A DNA stretch of 62,459 nt from a virus (taxonomy: Duplodnaviria; Caudoviricetes), in the IMG/VR virus record IMGVR_UViG_3300030099_001770, positions 1-62,459 of that record; one strand, written 5' to 3'. The translations under genes were made by a program, and so were the position numbers. The notes beneath the pieces were generated by a model, which saw nothing but the letters and a program-made list of their open reading frames with translations, did no database searches and was not told the origin of the DNA. Positions 56,039-62,459 of this stretch are shown here, piece after piece (position 1 is the stretch's first letter; each line of letters starts with the position of its first letter).

Positions 56039-56824
56039 CTAGAAAAACATAAACGACATAAATGCTGGGTAATATGTTACGTTAGAAGTAACATCACCAA
56101 AAATAAATAAATTTGAACCATTTGCATATGCATCTCTAACTTGTACAGTTACTGCATATGTGTTTCCAGCTACAAGGCTTGCTTGGTTATTATCGGAATC
56201 ATAATCAAATAAGTTTGCATAAAGAGTCCAATGAGAATGATTTTGCTGAGGAGCATCATTTCCCACTTGCATATGTATTCCAAATCCCCAACTGCCGCCA
56301 CCAATATATGTAGTTGAGCCAGACCTAACAAATTTTAACCTAACGGAACTGTGATTTCTACCTAATCCATTTTGTCTATATCCACCACGCATAAACCACA
56401 TTATTTTAGTACAACCAGCAGGGATAGTAATATTACCAGTAAGGTTTGTATCTGCAAAAGAAGTGGTAATTCCTTGTGCCTTAGTTGAACCAGCATCAAT
56501 ATGAGTAATCAATGATGCGTTCATTTTTGCAGTTGTAATAGCGTCATCTACAATTTTTGCAGTAGTAACATTTCCATCTACGATATTTGCAGTCACAACA
56601 GCATCATCAGCGAGTTTTGCAGCCGTTACAGCATCAGCACCTAATTTTGCAGTGGTAACTTGAGAAGAAGCAATCTTTGCAGTTGTTACTGCATCAGTTC
56701 CCAATGCAGTTGTGTCAACAGCACCAGCTCCAAGTTTTGCAGCCGTTACAGCATCATCTGCAATGTCGGCCGTGGCAATTGCACCGTCAAGTACTGCCGT
56801 AGATTTGATTGTATCAATAGCCAT
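56039..56824 (-). CDS. short fibre/tip protein with decapeptide stalk repeats
   Basis: N-tag MAIDTIK...LDG; about 8 AVT.AK[LI]..D repeats; unique C-terminal head. Confidence 0.7.
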   Translation of the reverse strand: MAIDTIKSTAVLDGAIATADIADDAVTAAKLGAGAVDTTALGTDAVTTAKIASSQVTTAKLGADAVTAAKLADDAVVTANIVDGNVTTAKIVDDAITTAKMNASLITHIDAGSTKAQGITTSFADTNLTGNITIPAGCTKIMWFMRGGYRQNGLGRNHSSVRLKFVRSGSTTYIGGGSWGFGIHMQVGNDAPQQNHSHWTLYANLFDYDSDNNQASLVAGNTYAVTVQVRDAYANGSNLFIFGDVTSNVTYYPAFMSFMFF

Positions 56825-56834
56825 TGACTACTCC

Positions 56835-57812
56835 TTATGCAATAGTTACTCCAGTTGAACCTACAACAGCCCAACCACCAGTTGTATTGTACACTAAGAT
56901 TGCACTATCACCAACATCATTGAATGTAATTGTTGAACCGTTTGCAAAAGTAGTTGGAGTAAGAGTTCCATCACCACCATCTGCAACCATAGTAATAATT
57001 TTTAATTGACCGTTTGCACCATTAGCAAGTGTCAATGCGTCTGCACCAGTTGTGGTAACTTGTGTAATTAGTGAAGTGACATCTACTGCACCAGCACCAG
57101 AAAGTGCTTGCACTGTACCAAACATTGCACCCATAGTTTTGTTAGTCATTGTAACTGCGTGGTCTTTGAAGACAAACTCATCATTACCAGTAAGTAATGG
57201 AAGAGTTACAGTTCTATCAGCTGCAAGTTCTGAAGCTGCAAACACATATTGATGGTCAGAAGACGTATCGTTAATCTGTGGTGTTGTCAGAACAGGCGAA
57301 GTTAAAGTCTTGTTAGTAAGAGTATCAGCAGATACTAAACTTACTAATGTAGAGTTTGCACCTTTTGGTAGTAACATTTCATTTGTAACACCCTCACTAT
57401 GTGGTTGTGCTTTGATTTTTTGACCATGAGAGTTGTTACTACAATTTAATTGTATCTGACCAACAGCTCCGTTAGTTGAACCATCACCTCTAAATTCTAC
57501 AATATAGTTATCAGCTGTAATTTCTAATGCACCACCAGTTCCAGTGATTCCAGCAGTTGTAAGTGTAGTGATTGTTTGTGAAGTTGTAGTTCCACCAACG
57601 ACACCGTTAATTGTGGGTGCAGTTAATGTTTTATTTGTTAACGTCTGAGTTCCAGTATTAAGTGTTACTGTATCAGATGTAAGAGTAGAACCATTACCTA
57701 GTTTGGTGTAGATTTCTACAAAGTTATCGTTAATCTTGTCTCCACCAGTTCTGAGGTCATCACCAGTACCGTCATTAGCTGAAGAACCAAGACCAAGTGC
57801 TTGATATGCCAT
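56835..57812 (-). CDS. baseplate-attached fibre with gp9/gp10-like N-terminus
   Basis: G..ANDGTGD.LR.GG.KIN.NF.EIY; TLTNKTLT repeats. Confidence 0.75.
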   Translation of the reverse strand: MAYQALGLGSSANDGTGDDLRTGGDKINDNFVEIYTKLGNGSTLTSDTVTLNTGTQTLTNKTLTAPTINGVVGGTTTSQTITTLTTAGITGTGGALEITADNYIVEFRGDGSTNGAVGQIQLNCSNNSHGQKIKAQPHSEGVTNEMLLPKGANSTLVSLVSADTLTNKTLTSPVLTTPQINDTSSDHQYVFAASELAADRTVTLPLLTGNDEFVFKDHAVTMTNKTMGAMFGTVQALSGAGAVDVTSLITQVTTTGADALTLANGANGQLKIITMVADGGDGTLTPTTFANGSTITFNDVGDSAILVYNTTGGWAVVGSTGVTIA

Positions 57813-57855
57813 GTTAGTTTTCTCCTAATTAGATTCTTTCATTTATTTATGTAGG

Positions 57856-60657
57856 TTACAAACCTATATCAAATTTTTTGTTTGTATTATCAAATCTGAA
57901 ACTGGTAGAGTCAAATCTTTCAAATACTGGCAAGTTGAATGAATTATCAAACTTATTTATACCACTGTCAAATGTCACATTGTTATCACTAAAGTCTACA
58001 TTATATTGTCCACCAGTATCCCTTGGTACTGCATCACCGCCAGTACCATCAAACTTAACAGATGTACTATCAAATGTAAATCCAGTATCACTCATTAATG
58101 TCGTTAATGTAGTTTCATCAAATGTTTCTGTACTACTATCAAATGTGATAAAGTTATTATCAAATGCGTTTGTTCTTGCACCACCAGATATTTGTATCTC
58201 GCCTGGGGGTGGAACATTAATTCTTGTATTAAAAGCATCTAGTGGTATGTTACCATTACTATCTGAAACTTGGTCAATCTGAATATTTCTAAACTGGTCT
58301 ATAGTAAATGATTGGTCATTGATACCATCTAAGTTTGTAATTCTTTTGATGCCTGGATAGTGTGGAATATTTTCTGTAGTGTTTGCACCAATACTAAATG
58401 CATACCTTGGAAGTAAGTCTAATGTTGGGCCCATCGCTCTTGGACTTCTTGCAACACCGACCACAACATTATTAATTCTTGTAAGTGTTAAATCTCTATT
58501 CGTATTTGGAAAACTTGTTAAATCGTCAGAACCAACTTTTGGTGTAGCCTTCAATGCAGTTCCATCATCAACAGTTCCAAGTCTACGACCAAACACTGTA
58601 ATAAAGATATTTCGTAATGTGGATGCAAGTTCTGGTGTAAAGGAGTCTACAGTCTGTGGAGTTATCTTTGCGTTTGCACGACCAACAACTTCAACCTCAC
58701 CAAATACATTCCAACCAGCAGGATGAACAGTTGATTTAATTGCATCTCTCCACTCATTGATAGATTGACCTACTTTAATAACATATGAATAATCTTGATA
58801 ATAGAAACTATCTTGTATTCTAATAATAACTTCTGAAATTTGTCCTTCTGAATTCAAGAAGTTTCCAGCTGTAGATGCAATCTGACCAACTTGTGCAGTA
58901 CCACTTGCAATACTAATATTTGCAATTGTTCCAGACGCACCAGCAGTTGCAACAGTATTACCTACCACAAGATTTGCAGTTGTATTTAAAGATATTAATT
59001 GTCTCGCACTATCAAATGCAGTAACAGTTCCAGAGTGTGATGTTAGATTATCACCAGAGGTAAATGTTCCAGATATATCTTTTAGAATTGCATGACGAAA
59101 TGGATTTAGTGCTGGTGCAGTAGAATAAGTTAATCCTTGGTTTATGATTTCAAAAGATGCAACAGCACCAATACCAGAGTTAGATGCAGCTACAAGTTTT
59201 GCACCACTACCATTTGCAGTTGTAATGCTTGTGATAACTGGTAGTTTAGAATAACCAGCACCACGACCAACCATCCTTACATCTGTAATCTCACCAGCTT
59301 CAGATGCAACACTAAGGTCTGCAAAAGTGCCTGTTTCCAGAACAATCTTTGTTCCTTCATATGAGTCATTATAAAAAGATTGACTTGTTGATTCTAATGT
59401 GATATGGTCATTTGCACCCATTCCATATTCAGATAAACTTCCACTCTCTGGTGCGATACCACCACCAACAACAGACACTTGTGCAGCTGCACCTACACCA
59501 TCAGTTCCAGCATTATTTAAAACTAAGTTATCACCTACAGCATATCCTTGTCCAGCATCATCAACAATAATCTCATCAACAACACCCCTTGTAACATTTT
59601 GCACTTTTGCAGTTGCAGTATTACTACCACCAGCTGCAATATTAATTGTTTGGTCTGCTGTGTAATATGCACCACCATTTGAGACAGTAGTATCAATTAT
59701 AATACTATAAGGTCTAAAAGATACAATAGAGTCTGTTACAATAGATGTTCCAAAAACAAGTTCATTTTCTTCAAATGTTCCTACGATAGTTTCTGGGTCT
59801 AATTCTAACTCAATTACGTTATTACCAGCTTCTCTAAAAGAAACAGATGCAGTTACAATTGCAGTTGCAAAAGATGTTTGTCCAGTAATTGTTTGACCTA
59901 TAAGTTCAGTTGCACTACCATTAACTGGATTTACCCTCATAATATTTCTTACACTCCAGACACCATCAGAGACACGCAACATTTGTTCATTAGGAAATTG
60001 GACTTGTGGAGTTTCATTTAATAGAAGTCTAAAAAATAATTCATGTCCTTTCTTTGTGCCTTTTGCAAGGTAAAGGTCACGAATATTTTTTACAAGTTTT
60101 CTTTTATCAACTCCAGAGTTAACATTATCAACGATACCCTCAAGAAATGAATCTCTAAAGTTATCTAAGAATGTATAAAGAGTTGAATCTACATTTGAAT
60201 AATTAAGAAGTTGTTGAATACTAGAAACTGGATTAGGACGATATGTTTCGATAGTACCAGATGCATTTGAAGTTGCACCACTTACTATCTCTCCAATTAT
60301 AAAACGAGTTTGAGATGATATGAATAATCTTTTATTATCGTCTACATCATCAACCAGAACTTTTGCAGTAGCTCCAGATGTTTGACCAGTAACCGTTTCT
60401 CCTACTTCAAATTTTATTTCAGAGTCTTCCAGAACAATTTGGTCACCATTTTCATCTAGAATAAAATTTACTGACTCTGTTTCTTCTCTAACATAATTAT
60501 TAATCTCACTAAAAGTAACCTCTGCACTTTCTAAGAACTGATAATATAATTTGACAAACTGTGAAAATACTGGATGGTCTGCTTGAATAAATTCAGGCAG
60601 TTGATGTTGTATATGATTTGATACTTTATTTTTTACAGTATTGTCATTATTAGCCAT
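57856..60657 (-). CDS. gp7: baseplate wedge initiator (gp7-like)
   Basis: Q.PEFI..D.P.F.QF...YY, KNI.D.Y..KGT......FFR.L, IQDS.YYQ.YSY.I, HPAG...FG; lies between gp6 and gp8. Confidence 0.8.
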   Translation of the reverse strand: MANNDNTVKNKVSNHIQHQLPEFIQADHPVFSQFVKLYYQFLESAEVTFSEINNYVREETESVNFILDENGDQIVLEDSEIKFEVGETVTGQTSGATAKVLVDDVDDNKRLFISSQTRFIIGEIVSGATSNASGTIETYRPNPVSSIQQLLNYSNVDSTLYTFLDNFRDSFLEGIVDNVNSGVDKRKLVKNIRDLYLAKGTKKGHELFFRLLLNETPQVQFPNEQMLRVSDGVWSVRNIMRVNPVNGSATELIGQTITGQTSFATAIVTASVSFREAGNNVIELELDPETIVGTFEENELVFGTSIVTDSIVSFRPYSIIIDTTVSNGGAYYTADQTINIAAGGSNTATAKVQNVTRGVVDEIIVDDAGQGYAVGDNLVLNNAGTDGVGAAAQVSVVGGGIAPESGSLSEYGMGANDHITLESTSQSFYNDSYEGTKIVLETGTFADLSVASEAGEITDVRMVGRGAGYSKLPVITSITTANGSGAKLVAASNSGIGAVASFEIINQGLTYSTAPALNPFRHAILKDISGTFTSGDNLTSHSGTVTAFDSARQLISLNTTANLVVGNTVATAGASGTIANISIASGTAQVGQIASTAGNFLNSEGQISEVIIRIQDSFYYQDYSYVIKVGQSINEWRDAIKSTVHPAGWNVFGEVEVVGRANAKITPQTVDSFTPELASTLRNIFITVFGRRLGTVDDGTALKATPKVGSDDLTSFPNTNRDLTLTRINNVVVGVARSPRAMGPTLDLLPRYAFSIGANTTENIPHYPGIKRITNLDGINDQSFTIDQFRNIQIDQVSDSNGNIPLDAFNTRINVPPPGEIQISGGARTNAFDNNFITFDSSTETFDETTLTTLMSDTGFTFDSTSVKFDGTGGDAVPRDTGGQYNVDFSDNNVTFDSGINKFDNSFNLPVFERFDSTSFRFDNTNKKFDIGL

Positions 60658-60659
60658 AA

Positions 60660-62459
60660 CTAGTATCCACTAGAACTACTTGATGAACTTGAACTTGAAC
60701 TTGAAGAAGAACTACTTGTAGAGCTGGTTGATGCAGAGGCATTTGCTGAACTTGCACCAGTGTAAGAACTTGAAGTTAATACACCAACACCAGCACTCGC
60801 AGAACCAGTTGCAATAGTATCTACATTTGCAACAACAATTAAATTTGCAATGTCAATTTCTAACACTTGATTTCTAACTGCAATAACATCATTTGATTCT
60901 GGGGTAACAATCATTCTAATTTTAGTGGATGATACACCGTCAACATTTGATATCTCTGTAATGTTAAGTGAAGTTAATACTATCTCACCAGTTTTATAAT
61001 TAATAGTACCAGCATTATTATCTTGATAAGTTTTTGTAGTACCATCTACAACATAATACATTCTTGCATTTCCATCCCCATCATCATCTAAAAACATTTC
61101 ATTTATATTACCTTGAATTTTAAATCCACTGGATTGTAAAATACCACCAAGTTCTTTATTATGACCAGCGTGTGGATTATGTAACGCATTGTTAAAAGGT
61201 ATTGTGTACTTAGTTGCAGTATTAAGTGTTGGTATAAAATCTTTACTTAATTTTACAGTTGTAATATTAGATGTTATTGATGGGTCAGTATTATCAATTA
61301 AACTAGAAAATGGAGAAAATCTAAAAGCTGTATCAAACTTACTTAAATTATTTGTATTAAAATCAGTAATTGTTTTTTTAACATTAGATATTAATGTCTC
61401 TTGTGCTTTAACAGTATTTTTAGAGTTGTATGAAAAGTTAACATTCAATCTTATTTTTGTATATTCTGGGTCAACAATCTCTGGTGTTACAGATGCAACT
61501 GTATAATTGTTTTTTAAATTTTTAATAATGTCTAATTTTGCTGATGCAGTAATAGAACCAGTTGTTGGAACAATAGAAATATAAACTTTACCATAGGTAG
61601 GAACATCATTATCCTCTCCACCATAAACTTGAACAGACTTTGCATTTGCATAAACTTTTGGTACAACTGCTTTGAAGTCGTTTACTGTAACTGCACGACC
61701 TTGAGCTGCATAATCAAGTGGTGCATTAAATTTAATAGATTGAATACTTTCTTTCTCTGCACCACCAGATGCATTTGAAACTGTCGCAGTTGTAATATTA
61801 GTAATACCAGAGATAGTTGCAGAAGTTGAAAAAGAACTTGCACCATTTGCTCTTGTTTTATTTGTAACAACATATCTCATACGAACAACATTACCATCAG
61901 ATAAAGCTTTACCAATAATACCATCACCAAAATATATTTCAAATTTACCATCCACACTTTCTTGTAAAAAATAAACATTTGAGTCAGATGCAGTTTGCGT
62001 AGTATCAGTCGCAAGAGTAAATGTTGTAGAAGAGGTAGAACTTGAATTATCAAATACATCAACAATCAAGGTAGTTGTATCACCATTTTCATCATTAACA
62101 TAAAACTTTTGGTCTACATTATCGACATCAACCGTATAACGATTTGTTACATATGTTCCCTCATAAATGGGAAGATTAGTAAATGAGATAACACCATTTT
62201 CAATTTGTGTTGAATGTTCTGCAACCGTAACAAATTGATAATTAACATCATCAATCACCGTTGTAAATACTGTTCCTACTGGAATAGTTGCAGATGTTAA
62301 ATTACCAATATTATTTAAAGTTACATTTACAAATGCAATTGGAGCTCTAACAGAGTTAGGTATATAACCTAATGTCTTTGCGTGAGATACAACCGAAGAA
62401 CGAACTGACGCAGTATCAAGAAATGCTTCATTTGCAACCATATTCATATTCATTGCAAG
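60660..62459 (-). CDS. gp6: baseplate wedge subunit (5' end outside window)
   Basis: NE.FLDTA..RSSVVSHAK.LGY.P.S, FGDGIIGK, ESI.SIKFNAP..Y..Q.RAVT..D. Confidence 0.96.
   Translation of the reverse strand, partial: LAMNMNMVANEAFLDTASVRSSVVSHAKTLGYIPNSVRAPIAFVNVTLNNIGNLTSATIPVGTVFTTVIDDVNYQFVTVAEHSTQIENGVISFTNLPIYEGTYVTNRYTVDVDNVDQKFYVNDENGDTTTLIVDVFDNSSSTSSTTFTLATDTTQTASDSNVYFLQESVDGKFEIYFGDGIIGKALSDGNVVRMRYVVTNKTRANGASSFSTSATISGITNITTATVSNASGGAEKESIQSIKFNAPLDYAAQGRAVTVNDFKAVVPKVYANAKSVQVYGGEDNDVPTYGKVYISIVPTTGSITASAKLDIIKNLKNNYTVASVTPEIVDPEYTKIRLNVNFSYNSKNTVKAQETLISNVKKTITDFNTNNLSKFDTAFRFSPFSSLIDNTDPSITSNITTVKLSKDFIPTLNTATKYTIPFNNALHNPHAGHNKELGGILQSSGFKIQGNINEMFLDDDGDGNARMYYVVDGTTKTYQDNNAGTINYKTGEIVLTSLNITEISNVDGVSSTKIRMIVTPESNDVIAVRNQVLEIDIANLIVVANVDTIATGSASAGVGVLTSSSYTGASSANASASTSSTSSSSSSSSSSSSSSSSGY
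60675..60718. repeat. GAACTT microsatellite encoding the poly-Ser tail of gp6
   Basis: GAACTT hexamer repeats; protein ends ..SSSSSSSSSSSSSGY. Confidence 0.8.

Noticed and set aside
60660-60760. gp6 poly-Ser tail as a novelty
   Set aside because: To my knowledge, low-complexity Ser/Gly-Tyr tails are common on gp6 of marine T4-like phages; recorded as a repeat only.
504-62065. Many short plus-strand and alternate-frame ORFs in the track (e.g. 12530-12934, 51812-52402, 24562-24897)
   Set aside because: They are shadows of well-supported minus-strand genes, caused by codon bias.

Overview
This AT-rich window is part of a marine-type T4-like myovirus genome, with nearly all genes on the minus strand. 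Reading in transcription order (right to left): baseplate genes (gp6 partial, gp7, gp8, a 2266-aa VrlC/DUF4815-like protein); about 24 kb of small fibre, adaptor, tip and chaperone genes interleaved with gp13-gp14-gp15, gp16 and gp17; the tail and head genes gp18-19-20-21-22-23-gp3; uvsY, uvsW, gp55, gp47 and gp46; an accessory island (DNA MTase, candidate ncRNA, DUF932, Hsp20, wHTH, DUF3310); gp45-44-62-regA; and a partial RimK-like ATP-grasp gene. Highlights: (1) the fibre genes follow a recurring grammar of matched C-terminal and N-terminal tags, including three cassettes of 1 adaptor plus exactly 3 different tips, which suggests a branched, combinatorial receptor-binding tree; (2) GATC and GGWCC appear purged, while CCTG/CAGG and CCGG survive almost only where they overlap a GpC, which suggests GpC cytosine modification; (3) a ROSE-type thermometer and a multistem RNA lie ahead of hsp20; (4) a structured ncRNA candidate sits between duplicated early promoters; (5) the RimK-like enzyme has a capsid-targeting-like N-terminus. 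All calls come from manual reading and motif recognition; no searches or folding programs were run.
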